Below the pieces are notes generated by a model, which saw nothing but the letters and a program-made list of their open reading frames with translations, was not told the DNA's origin and made no database searches. This document shows positions 1 to 9,289 of a DNA stretch of 64,000 nucleotides, piece after piece. Both the position numbers and the translations under genes were made by a program. The stretch lies in sequence record SRR20825006_128; one strand, given 5' to 3'. Within the stretch, counting starts at the first letter, position 1; each line of letters opens with the position of its first letter.

Positions 1-432
1 CGGTTTGGGATTGTTGTTTCAGAATGGAATGATAAAATTACCGAAGGTCTTTTTCAAGGTGCTTTTGACACCTTTATAGACTGCGGTGTAAAAAAGGAAA
101 ACATCGTAAGATGGAATGTTCCCGGAAGTTTTGAATTGATCTATGGTTGCAAAAAAATGCAGCAGAGTTACGATATGCTTGATGCTGTTATTGCAGTTGG
201 AAGCGTGATTCAAGGGCAGACCAAGCATTTTGATTTTGTGTGTGAAGGCGTAACGCAAGGGATCAAAGATCTCAATATTCAGAGTGATATTCCTGTGATT
301 TTCTGCGTGCTTACTGATAACACGATGCAGCAGGCCGTAGACCGCAGTGGTGGTCAACACGGAAATAAAGGAGTTGAGGCTGCTGTGGCTGCGATCAAAA
401 TGGCGCAACTGCGCAAAAACGCCCGTTTTTAA
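1..432 (+). CDS. ribH: 6,7-dimethyl-8-ribityllumazine synthase (5' partial)
   Basis: Frame 1 is open from base 1: RFGIVVSEWNDKITEGL...VPGSFEL...VIQGQTKHFDFV...GNKGVEAA, which are lumazine synthase motifs. Stop TAA at 430-432. Confidence 0.95.
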   Translation, partial: RFGIVVSEWNDKITEGLFQGAFDTFIDCGVKKENIVRWNVPGSFELIYGCKKMQQSYDMLDAVIAVGSVIQGQTKHFDFVCEGVTQGIKDLNIQSDIPVIFCVLTDNTMQQAVDRSGGQHGNKGVEAAVAAIKMAQLRKNARF

Positions 433-517
433 AAAGAATTCTCTATATTCTTAGTTGGAATGCTTTTTGTATTTCACATCTAAGAGAAAGTTGTTTTTAT
501 ACGCTTTCCTTTTATTG

Positions 518-525
518 TAACTTTG
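518..525 (+). promoter_or_regulatory. Bacteroidota sigma -7 promoter box TAACTTTG
   Basis: Matches TAnnTTTG and lies 13 nt upstream of the ATG at 539. Confidence 0.6.
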
Positions 526-538
526 AAATTTAGGAATT

Positions 539-817
539 ATGGGAGTTTTAAAAACACGCAAAAACAAGAAATACAGCTACAGTCCTCGCTATTACGAGGG
601 AGAAGGGAGTCCGTTTAAATTAGAGTCAAAATTTGATCAGTACCGTAAGGCTACCTTAGAGAATAAAGGTCTTAAGAAAAAGTTCACTACGGCCTTGGAC
701 GACTTTAAATACAATAAAGATGAACGGGCAAACAAGATTACGTTGATCATCTTAATGGTTCTTGTATTTCTCTTTTTATATGTCATCGATTTTGATCTAA
801 GTATATTTTTTGGCTAG
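539..817 (+). CDS. Small basic protein with a C-terminal membrane anchor, function unknown
   Basis: 92 aa with a basic N-terminus (RKNKKYSYSPRYY) and one C-terminal hydrophobic helix. It has its own promoter box and sits between ribH and mutL. Confidence 0.8.
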   Translation: MGVLKTRKNKKYSYSPRYYEGEGSPFKLESKFDQYRKATLENKGLKKKFTTALDDFKYNKDERANKITLIILMVLVFLFLYVIDFDLSIFFG

Positions 818-918
818 TTGTTGCTTCCCATAAACCGTATCGATTAAAAATTTTTCACACCCATTTCCGTCAGCATTATTTTGCTGAACGTTTATGGGTG
901 TTTATGTAAAACTACCAG

Positions 919-2805
919 ATGTCTGATATCATAAAACTTTTACCTGATCACGTTGCCAACCAGATTGCTGCTGGAGAAGTAGTGCAGCGGCCGGCTTCGG
1001 TGGTAAAAGAGTTATTAGAAAACGCTATAGATGCAGGAGCGACCACCATCAAATTAGTGGTTAAAGATGCAGGAAGAACCTTAATACAGGTTATTGACGA
1101 CGGAAAGGGTATGAGTCCTACTGATGCTCGCTTGAGTTTTGAGCGTCACGCTACTTCAAAAATCATTGCTGCAGATGATCTTTTTGCGTTAAGCACTAAA
1201 GGGTTTAGAGGGGAAGCCTTAGCTTCTATCGCTGCGGTAGCACACGTAGATCTCAAAACCAAGCCCGAAGATGAAGAGGTAGGAACTCGTATTGAGATTG
1301 AAGGAAGTACGATAAAAAATCAAGAGGTCTGCGCAGCGCCTAAAGGAACTTCGATAGCTGTAAAAAATTTGTTTTTTAATATTCCCGCAAGGCGAAATTT
1401 TTTAAAATCAGATGCTGTTGAGTTACGGCATGTGATTGACGAATTTCAGCGCGTATCCTTGGCACATGAGGCGATCGCTTTTGTGCTGTATCACAATGAC
1501 AGCGAACTCTTCAACCTTCCTAAAACGAATAAGCGTCAGCGTATTGTGGGAGTTTTCGGCCCTAAAACAAATGAGAAATTGGTTCCTGTTTCTGAAGAAA
1601 CAGAAATTGTAAATATCGACGGGTTTATCATTAAACCTGAGTTTTCAAAAAAAACCAAAGGAGAGCAGTTTTTCTTTGTAAACGATCGCTTTATTAAGCA
1701 TCCGTATCTAAACCATTCGGTTAGTGCGGCGTTTGATGGATTACTTCCTGATCGCGCTCGTGCGAGTTATTTTATCTATTTAAAAGTAAATCCTAAAACC
1801 ATTGATATCAATATTCACCCTACTAAAACCGAGGTGAAGTTTGAAGATGAGCACGCGATCTATACCCTTTTGAGAGCTGCCGTTAAGCACAGTCTGGGGC
1901 AGTTTAATATCGCGCCGATTCTTGATTTTAATCGAGAGTCAAATATGGATACACCATACTCGTACAAGAACAAGGAAGCTCAAGTACCTAAAGTTGAAGT
2001 GGATCGTCATTTCAATCCGTTTGAGCAAGAGCAGAAAGTGAAAACAAGCGGTTTTAGCAGTGCTCCAAATTATGAAAAGAAAAGTGCTGCCGGCTGGGAA
2101 AATTTGTATGCCGGACTGGATAGAAAAAACGACACCAGCAATTTTAGTCACGTTGAAATTGAAAACGAGCCGGAGGCCGAATCTCTTTTTGTAGAACAGG
2201 AAAGTAAAGGCTTTAGTGAGGCTAAGGAGACCGAAAGTGATTCGGCAAACACTTATCAATTACACAATAAATATATTGTAAGCGCGATTAAAAGTGGGAT
2301 GATGCTCATAGATCAGAGTCGAGCGCATCAGCGGGTGTTGTATGAAGAATTCCTTCGGAATATTACGGTAAAAGAATCGGTAAGTCAGCAGCTATTGTTT
2401 CCGCTACGTTTAGACTTTTCAGCTTTAGAAATTGATATTTTAAAAGAATTAAAGGATTCTTTAGAAAATACAGGCTTCGCCTTAAGTATGCCTGAGGCCG
2501 GCGTTTTAGAAGTTTCAGGAATTCCTGCGAGTATTCAAGAAAGTGAGGTTTCTATTGTGCTAGAACAACTTTTAAGCGACGTGGAACAAGAGGTTCCGGA
2601 TACCGGTTTTAGCCAGACTGATGTGCTCGCCAAGAGTATGGCAAAAAGTATGGCAGTGAAAACCGGTGAAAAGTTAGATGAGCTTTCTAGAGAGCATTTA
2701 GTAAATAAACTTTTTGCGTGTACAGAGCCAACCTTGTCTCCTTTTCTTAAAAAAACGTTTATTACGCTTACAGTAGACGAGCTGGATCGTAAATTTAACG
2801 CATAA
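919..2805 (+). CDS. mutL: DNA mismatch repair endonuclease MutL
   Basis: NQIAAGEVVQRPASVVKELLENAIDA, GFRGEALAS, DINIHPTKTEV, and a C-terminal DQSRAHQRVLYE endonuclease-type motif. Confidence 0.97.
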   Translation: MSDIIKLLPDHVANQIAAGEVVQRPASVVKELLENAIDAGATTIKLVVKDAGRTLIQVIDDGKGMSPTDARLSFERHATSKIIAADDLFALSTKGFRGEALASIAAVAHVDLKTKPEDEEVGTRIEIEGSTIKNQEVCAAPKGTSIAVKNLFFNIPARRNFLKSDAVELRHVIDEFQRVSLAHEAIAFVLYHNDSELFNLPKTNKRQRIVGVFGPKTNEKLVPVSEETEIVNIDGFIIKPEFSKKTKGEQFFFVNDRFIKHPYLNHSVSAAFDGLLPDRARASYFIYLKVNPKTIDINIHPTKTEVKFEDEHAIYTLLRAAVKHSLGQFNIAPILDFNRESNMDTPYSYKNKEAQVPKVEVDRHFNPFEQEQKVKTSGFSSAPNYEKKSAAGWENLYAGLDRKNDTSNFSHVEIENEPEAESLFVEQESKGFSEAKETESDSANTYQLHNKYIVSAIKSGMMLIDQSRAHQRVLYEEFLRNITVKESVSQQLLFPLRLDFSALEIDILKELKDSLENTGFALSMPEAGVLEVSGIPASIQESEVSIVLEQLLSDVEQEVPDTGFSQTDVLAKSMAKSMAVKTGEKLDELSREHLVNKLFACTEPTLSPFLKKTFITLTVDELDRKFNA

Positions 2806-2847
2806 TTAAAAGCGCTTATGGGCGTTTAAACATTTCAAACCAGATTA

Positions 2848-3615
2848 ATGGGTAGAATAACCGAAACTGTAAAAGTACTTTTAATCATCAATGTGATCTT
2901 TTTTCTGGGGTCACAGTTTTTAATACCTAACGCAGTGCAACTGTTTGGACTGTGGTTCCCTGAAAATCCTAATTTTCATTTCTGGCAGCCGGTGACGCAT
3001 ATGTTTATGCACGATCAGAGCAGTATTTTTCATATTCTATTTAATATGTATGCGCTTTGGGCTTTTGGTGGGCCGGTTGAACAGTCCTTGGGACGTAATA
3101 AGTTTATTTTCTTTTATTTTTCGGCAGGATTAGGGGCAGCTTTGATTCATACACTTGTGGGCTATTACCATTATCAAGCGGGGTATGAGGCTTTGATCAA
3201 TGCAGGCTTAACGCCTTCAGAAATTAGTGATACCGTAAATAAAGCATTTACGAGTATTCAACAATCTGGTCAGTACAGTTATCCTAATATTAATGAGCCG
3301 GACAAAGTGAGAGGAATGATCGAAGCATTCTCGACATCTGCTGTGGGTGCTTCAGGAGCAATTTATGGTGTTTTAGTGGCCTTTGGAATGTTATTCCCTA
3401 ATGCTGAATTATTCTTAATTTTCTTACCAATTCCAATAAAAGCTAAGTTTTTTATCCCGGGATTGATCTTGCTCGATTTGTTTTCGGGAGTGACCGGTTT
3501 TTCAATATTTGGTGCAAACATTGCCAATTTTGCGCATATTGGTGGAGCGATATTTGGATTTATAATGATGTGGTATTGGAAAAAAAATAGTTTTAACGAC
3601 AAACGCTGGTATTAA
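2848..3615 (+). CDS. Rhomboid family intramembrane serine protease
   Basis: HILFNM, GASGAIYG (catalytic Ser) and AHIGG (catalytic His); multiple TM helices. Confidence 0.93.
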   Translation: MGRITETVKVLLIINVIFFLGSQFLIPNAVQLFGLWFPENPNFHFWQPVTHMFMHDQSSIFHILFNMYALWAFGGPVEQSLGRNKFIFFYFSAGLGAALIHTLVGYYHYQAGYEALINAGLTPSEISDTVNKAFTSIQQSGQYSYPNINEPDKVRGMIEAFSTSAVGASGAIYGVLVAFGMLFPNAELFLIFLPIPIKAKFFIPGLILLDLFSGVTGFSIFGANIANFAHIGGAIFGFIMMWYWKKNSFNDKRWY

Positions 3616-3618
3616 TCT

Positions 3619-4512
3619 ATGGCAGGACCAAGCTTAAGTTATCAATACAAAACGGCAAATATTGTCGTAAAACTTATCGTGATCAACGTTTTGGTCTGGA
3701 TAAGTTTTATGCTTTTAGAATGGATGCTGAATTCAGGATCTATTTTTAGTCAATGGTTTAGTTTACCTACAGACTTAAGCCGATTGCTCATTCAGCCGTG
3801 GTCTTTGTTAACGTATGCCTTCTTGCACGCAGGTTTTTGGCATATTTTCTGGAATATGCTTATCCTGTATTGGTTTGGTCAGATCGTGCTCAATCTTTTT
3901 ACTGAAAAGCGTTTCCTAACTATTTATTTGTTAGGCGCATTGGCCGGAGGTGTGCTCTTTGTATTGGCTTATAATCTGTTTCCGGTTTTACTTACTTCAA
4001 GTGCTTACCTCGTAGGAGCAAGCGCAGCGGTAAGAGCCATAATGATCTTTATTGCCGCATATACTCCAAATACTGAAGTCCGTGTGATTTTTTTCAATGT
4101 CAAACTATGGCATATCGGTGTTTTTGTGGTACTTACAGATTTGATCCAAATACCAAGTTCAGGTAACGCAGGTGGATTATTGGCACACGTGGGTGGAGCT
4201 ATTTTTGGCTATGTTTACGCACAGCAATTGAGTAAGGGTAATGACATTGGTCTCTGGTGGGAGCGTCTAGCTGATAGTGTTGTTAATCTTTTTAAATCGA
4301 AGCCTAAGTCGGCTAAAAAAGCCAATATGAAAACGGTTTATAAGAATCAGGCCAGTGCACAAAAAAGCACGTATCGTTCAGGCTCTCGGGTTTCAAAAAA
4401 TGAACAGCAAGCCCAAATAGATGCTATTCTTGATAAAATAAGCAAAAGTGGTTATGATAGCCTCTCTAAAGCAGAAAAAGATTTCTTATTTAAGGCCGGA
4501 AAAGACAATTGA
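3619..4512 (+). CDS. Rhomboid family intramembrane serine protease with a C-terminal soluble domain
   Basis: HIFWNM, GASAA and AHVGG motifs; C-terminal IDAILDKISKSGYDSLSKAEKDFL tail (DUF6576-like). Confidence 0.92.
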   Translation: MAGPSLSYQYKTANIVVKLIVINVLVWISFMLLEWMLNSGSIFSQWFSLPTDLSRLLIQPWSLLTYAFLHAGFWHIFWNMLILYWFGQIVLNLFTEKRFLTIYLLGALAGGVLFVLAYNLFPVLLTSSAYLVGASAAVRAIMIFIAAYTPNTEVRVIFFNVKLWHIGVFVVLTDLIQIPSSGNAGGLLAHVGGAIFGYVYAQQLSKGNDIGLWWERLADSVVNLFKSKPKSAKKANMKTVYKNQASAQKSTYRSGSRVSKNEQQAQIDAILDKISKSGYDSLSKAEKDFLFKAGKDN

Positions 4513-5537
4513 TGAAAAACTTAAACCTCTGGAATAAATTTGTTTTTCTTATTAACAGCGTCTTTGCGTTACTTCTTTTAGTAGGTTATTTACTGCCATA
4601 TTATCCACCAAAGATTTTTCCACCTATAGCGGTGCTTACACTCATTATACCGGTGCTTATTGCCGTTAATTTAGCTTTTGCGGTATATTGGTTGCTGCTA
4701 TTTAAAAGGCAAATGCTACTGTCTATTTTGGTTTTGGTATTATGGATGCTGCATAACACCACGTTGTATAAAATTGAATCGGGAACCCTTCCGGCGGAGC
4801 TTGAATCTTCAGAAGATCAAATCAGTCTTCTAACGTATAATGCGCATGTTTTCAGAAGTGAATCTTTCAGCAGAGATACGATTCAGGCGGGAAACGAAGC
4901 GCTTGTTAAACAAGCAAATCCTGATATCGTATGCTATCAGGAATTTTCGAATCACGGCGCACCTGATTTAAATTATCCGTATCACTATTTTGGTGTTAAT
5001 GCAAATACCCGAAGTAGTATTCAGGCTATTTATTCAAAGTATAAGATAATCAATCAAGGTTCGTTGGATTTTGAAAGTACTTTTAACAATGCCATTTTTG
5101 TGGATATTGTAAAAAAGCAAGATACCCTGCGTATCTACAACATGCATATGCAATCTTTGGCGCTTACACCTGAATTAGGAGCCCTCGAGCAAGAAAATAC
5201 AAAATCATTAGTTGGACGTCTGGGTAGGGCTTTTAAAAAGCAGGAAGATCAAGTGGAATTGTTTCTGGAGCATCAAGCGGCTTGCCCTTACAAAAAGATC
5301 GTTGCGGGAGATTTTAACAACACCGTTTTCTCGTATACCTATAATAAGATAAAAGGAGAAAAAACCGATGCTTTTGCAGAGCAGGGAAGTGGCTTTGGCC
5401 GAACCTTTATTTTTGATATTATTCCGCTGCGTATAGATTTTATCCTTTCAGATCCGGAATTTAAGGTGCGCGCTTTTGAGAATTTTGACGTGACCTATTC
5501 AGATCACTTTCCTATAATGGCCGTTTTAGAACTTTAA
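4512..5537 (+). CDS. Endonuclease/exonuclease/phosphatase family protein with N-terminal TM helices
   Basis: LTYN, DIVCYQE, AGDFN, RIDFI and SDHFP motifs. The ATG overlaps the upstream stop (TGATG). Confidence 0.9.
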   Translation: MKNLNLWNKFVFLINSVFALLLLVGYLLPYYPPKIFPPIAVLTLIIPVLIAVNLAFAVYWLLLFKRQMLLSILVLVLWMLHNTTLYKIESGTLPAELESSEDQISLLTYNAHVFRSESFSRDTIQAGNEALVKQANPDIVCYQEFSNHGAPDLNYPYHYFGVNANTRSSIQAIYSKYKIINQGSLDFESTFNNAIFVDIVKKQDTLRIYNMHMQSLALTPELGALEQENTKSLVGRLGRAFKKQEDQVELFLEHQAACPYKKIVAGDFNNTVFSYTYNKIKGEKTDAFAEQGSGFGRTFIFDIIPLRIDFILSDPEFKVRAFENFDVTYSDHFPIMAVLEL

Positions 5538-6149
5538 GTCCAGGCTTTGAAGATAGGGTAACGCTTCTGGACCTAAGTTAAATATAAGGTCAAGAACCGT
5601 CAAATGTGGTGTAAAACCATTTTCTTCACTAAATACCTGACGATATTCAGGGATCGCTAATCGGTTTTTCCGCTTTGCGTTTGCTAAAAAGCGTAAATCA
5701 GTCTGATCATTATATTCCTTCTTATATTCTGCGGTGGTGGTAAAATCTATTTCAACATCAAGCATTTCTAAAATACACGCTATTGTAGCTTTGTTTAATT
5801 CCAGCAGATTTTCATAAGGTGTATGAAAAATAGGATAAAGATCATCTTCATAGAATTCGAAAAAGGGAGAAGTACGATAGGCAATAACAATAGAACGCCA
5901 GTGTTGACGCTGCCACAAAAAGTTATTTTCTATTAAAGCGTCTTTGGTCTTTTTATGCCCTTCAGTCCTAGTATGCTTGATTGGGATATTCAAAAGTAGC
6001 GTGCCGTTAGAAGTACTTATATGCATGCGATTGCGATAACTCTGTTTTTGATAATTGTCGCAAACCTCTAAACGAACCTCAGTAGCTTGTACTAGAGCAG
6101 CAGTGGTAATTATATCAGGAAAATAAGTAGGATTCAGAACGATGTTCAT
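5526..6149 (-). CDS. WbqC family protein
   Basis: NYQKQSYRNR, WQRQHWRS, AYRTSPFFEFY and LDLIFNLGP. ATG at 6149 preferred over TTG at 6158; a TATATTTG box lies at 6171-6178 (minus). Confidence 0.88.
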   Translation of the reverse strand: MNIVLNPTYFPDIITTAALVQATEVRLEVCDNYQKQSYRNRMHISTSNGTLLLNIPIKHTRTEGHKKTKDALIENNFLWQRQHWRSIVIAYRTSPFFEFYEDDLYPIFHTPYENLLELNKATIACILEMLDVEIDFTTTAEYKKEYNDQTDLRFLANAKRKNRLAIPEYRQVFSEENGFTPHLTVLDLIFNLGPEALPYLQSLDLKF

Positions 6150-6390
6150 TTCTGGCAATTTTTATGAGTGCAAATATAGACCAATTAATTCTGGTAATTT
6201 CTCTGTAATTGTAGGAGTAGACGCTATCTTAAAGTAGCTTAATTCTTACTAATTGAAACCAAAAACCCTTATAGTGTAATTTTTATACTTAACTAATGGA
6301 AATTAGATAGTTGAAGAATTAAAATTGTGTTCAAAAGTGTTTTTAATCGATAAAATTTGTACTTTTGCCCCGGTTACTTAAATGATGTAA

Positions 6391-8640
6391 TTGAAAAACC
6401 TACACCCAACTTTTATATTTGTTGCTTTCTTGTTCTGCTTTAGCGTTGTACGTCCGGCTATTGTGGCTCATGATGTAGACTCGACTCAAAAGCTTTCTCT
6501 GCAGAAGCAGTTGCGTCAATTGCGTCAACTTAACAAGCAACACGAATATGATCGTGTTATTGAAGTTGCATCTACTTTAATTAATCAAGCTTCTAAAAAG
6601 GGTGAAAATGGTTTTCTTTTTCACGGTTATAATTATCTCAGTCTTACATACGATCAGTTAAGTGATACTATTCCTGCGCTTGATTATGCAGAAAAAGCCT
6701 TGCACTATGCGAAGCTTTCTAAAAATGATACGCTTATATCCTGGGGATTAAACAATCTCGCTGCCAGTTTATCCTATTTTCCAGACCGAAGAAGCGATGC
6801 GCTTAAATTGTATAAGGAATCTTTAGTGATTCAGCGTAGGCTTAATAGCAATCAATTTAATGATGCGGCTTTAAATATTGCCGAGATTTATAGAGATGAG
6901 GAAAACTACACGATGATGTATCCTTATCTTAAAGAGGCTCAAAAATCCTATAAATCAGATACTTTAAGATACGATGATCCTAAGGCATATCTAGATATTT
7001 TATGGGGTGATTACTACAGAGGATTAGACTTTAATAATAAAGCTTTGAGCTACTATCACAGTGCTTATGATATTATAGAGCGCTTTGAAATGTCTTATCT
7101 GGCCCTTAATTTTTATAACAAATACGCTCAATTTTTAGCTGAAAACAATCGGCCCGAAGCAGCGTATGAGGTGCATCAAAAGTACTTTGATTACTATCAG
7201 AATAAAGAGCTCACTAAAACTAAAGAGACCGTTCAGCTGGCACAAGCGCGATTAGAAGCCGAAGAACTCAGACGAGAGCGTAATGATGCCGAATTAAAAC
7301 AAGAGATTTTAGATCAAGACCTTAAGCGAAAGAAAACCCAGTCGGTTTTATTGGGATCCATAATCGGTTTAATGGTGCTCTTTTTAGCGTATCTATTTTA
7401 TAGCGAGAAGTTACGTTTGGGGTTAATTCGCAATCTTAAAGTCAATAACAAACACCTTAAGCAGGCTAAAGAAAGTGCCGAAAGAAGTGAACGAGCAAAG
7501 ACCAAGTTCTTTTCTAATTTAAGTCACGAAATGCGAACTCCGCTTTATGGTGTTACGGGTATTGTGGCACTGCTGGAAAAAAGTGAAGCTTTCAAAGAAT
7601 ATAAAGAAGAAATAGGTTCGCTAAAATTTAGTGCAGACCACTTACTTGAGATCATAAATGATCTTTTAGACCTTTCAAAATTAGAAGATGAAAGTTTTAA
7701 ATTTATTGAGAAGCCTTTCAATCTAAAATTGCTTGCAGAAGAATTGGCAAATAGTTTTGATCAGAACAGTCTTAAAAATTCTAATTGTAAAATCATTTGT
7801 GATGTTGATTCCTCTATTCCTAATTATGTAGTAGGAGATTCACGACGTATTTCGCAAATACTACTGAATATTCTTGGGAATGCAGTAAAGTTTACGCCGA
7901 AGGGTGTTATTGCATTACGCTTGCGCAGTAGCCATTTGGCTAATGGCAAACACGCCATTTATTTTGAAGTAGAGGATAATGGTATTGGAATTCCGGCAGC
8001 GATGCACAAATCGATCTTTGATGAATTTAGTCAGATTGATCACGTAAACACCGTGAATAAAGGAACGGGTCTTGGCCTACCCATCGTACGAAAATTATTG
8101 CTCAAAATGGGTTCAGATATTCATCTGGTAAGTGCACCGGGCAAGGGGAGTACGTTTAGCTTCACCATTACCTTTAAGGAAGCAACACTTTTAGAAGTTA
8201 TCGGAAAGCGTAAAAAAGGAGAAACTGAAGAAGAGGAAGCTTTAACCGATTTAACCAATCAGCGTATTCTTATCGTAGATGATAATAAGATTAACCGAAT
8301 GGTTACGCGCCGTGTTTTAGAAAAGCAAAATGCTCAGGTATTTGAGGCTCAAAACGGCGAAGAAGCCTTAGAGCGCGTGCGTAAGCATCATTTCGATCTG
8401 ATATTGATGGATATCAATATGCCGGGTATGAATGGTTATGAAACTACAAAAGAGATCAGGGTTTTTGACAAAACCATACCAATTATTGCGCTTACGGCTG
8501 CCGAAGCTAATTATATCAAACAAAAAGCTAAGGAAAGCGGAATGAATGACGTGATCACCAAACCGTATAACCTTAGCCAGTTCTCAAAAATTATAGCAAA
8601 AGAGCTTAAAAAAGACAGCTTACTCGGTGCAGGGCTCTAA
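6391..8640 (+). CDS. Hybrid sensor histidine kinase/response regulator with a TPR-like extracytoplasmic domain
   Basis: H-box SHEMRTPL, N-box NAVKFT, DNGIGI, GTGLGL, and a receiver domain (VDDN, LMDINMP, KP). One TM helix before the kinase core. TTG start with TACTTTTG at 6360-6367. Confidence 0.92.
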   Translation: MKNLHPTFIFVAFLFCFSVVRPAIVAHDVDSTQKLSLQKQLRQLRQLNKQHEYDRVIEVASTLINQASKKGENGFLFHGYNYLSLTYDQLSDTIPALDYAEKALHYAKLSKNDTLISWGLNNLAASLSYFPDRRSDALKLYKESLVIQRRLNSNQFNDAALNIAEIYRDEENYTMMYPYLKEAQKSYKSDTLRYDDPKAYLDILWGDYYRGLDFNNKALSYYHSAYDIIERFEMSYLALNFYNKYAQFLAENNRPEAAYEVHQKYFDYYQNKELTKTKETVQLAQARLEAEELRRERNDAELKQEILDQDLKRKKTQSVLLGSIIGLMVLFLAYLFYSEKLRLGLIRNLKVNNKHLKQAKESAERSERAKTKFFSNLSHEMRTPLYGVTGIVALLEKSEAFKEYKEEIGSLKFSADHLLEIINDLLDLSKLEDESFKFIEKPFNLKLLAEELANSFDQNSLKNSNCKIICDVDSSIPNYVVGDSRRISQILLNILGNAVKFTPKGVIALRLRSSHLANGKHAIYFEVEDNGIGIPAAMHKSIFDEFSQIDHVNTVNKGTGLGLPIVRKLLLKMGSDIHLVSAPGKGSTFSFTITFKEATLLEVIGKRKKGETEEEEALTDLTNQRILIVDDNKINRMVTRRVLEKQNAQVFEAQNGEEALERVRKHHFDLILMDINMPGMNGYETTKEIRVFDKTIPIIALTAAEANYIKQKAKESGMNDVITKPYNLSQFSKIIAKELKKDSLLGAGL

Positions 8641-9153
8641 CTACTTGGTTGCTTCAGAAAGTTGAAGAGGATACTGCTTCAACACGAGCTTACGCTCAAT
8701 TGCATTCAAATCATTGAAGTTTTTGCTGAATTTTTCTAGACTGTACTGCGTTCGCATTTGTAAGTAGGCCGTTTTAATTTCATCCATAATTGATACATAA
8801 TCTTTATAGGAATTGGTACGGGAGACCTCAAGCCGAATTACCGCCTCTGCTGGATTTTCTGGAGCAATCGTACTATCGCTTCGGTTTTCAACAAAATCAA
8901 TAAGTTGATTTGCGAGTTCTTCTTTAGACGAAACTTTATTTTGAATTAAGAAGGTACCTTGATCGTTTAAGTGAATTTCAAAAATGTTTCGCTCTAGCAG
9001 TTTGGTTGCGCAGTCTTCGGTCTTACAATCTTCCGGTAGCGTTTGATCAAGACCTTGATCCGTATTGATGGTCGTGGTGGTAAGAAAAAAAATGAGCATT
9101 AAAAAGGCAATATCAGCCATTGATCCTGCATGAATTGAAGTAGAATTTCGCAT
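8641..9153 (-). CDS. ExbD/TolR family biopolymer transport protein
   Basis: AGSMADIAFLMLIFFLTTT TM motif with the conserved Asp; YPLQLSEA C-terminus typical of Bacteroidota ExbD. Confidence 0.88.
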   Translation of the reverse strand: MRNSTSIHAGSMADIAFLMLIFFLTTTTINTDQGLDQTLPEDCKTEDCATKLLERNIFEIHLNDQGTFLIQNKVSSKEELANQLIDFVENRSDSTIAPENPAEAVIRLEVSRTNSYKDYVSIMDEIKTAYLQMRTQYSLEKFSKNFNDLNAIERKLVLKQYPLQLSEATK

Positions 9154-9289
9154 AATGGTAAATTTTTAAGTGAATAATTAAAAACTTATCAATTAATATG
9201 CCTGGTTCTTAAAACGCCATTTACAGATAGCTATAGCTAAGACTTACTTTAGAATAAGATTCTATTTGTTACGTATGTTTTCTTATCAG

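Noticed and set aside
19-408. 129-aa minus-strand ORF, and the many other short antisense ORFs inside long genes
   Set aside because: They are shadows of well-supported genes on the opposite strand, with no recognisable motifs or expression signals.
9228-9239. Perfect palindrome TAGCTATAGCTA upstream of the exbD-like gene
   Set aside because: Single, short and low-complexity; it could arise by chance.
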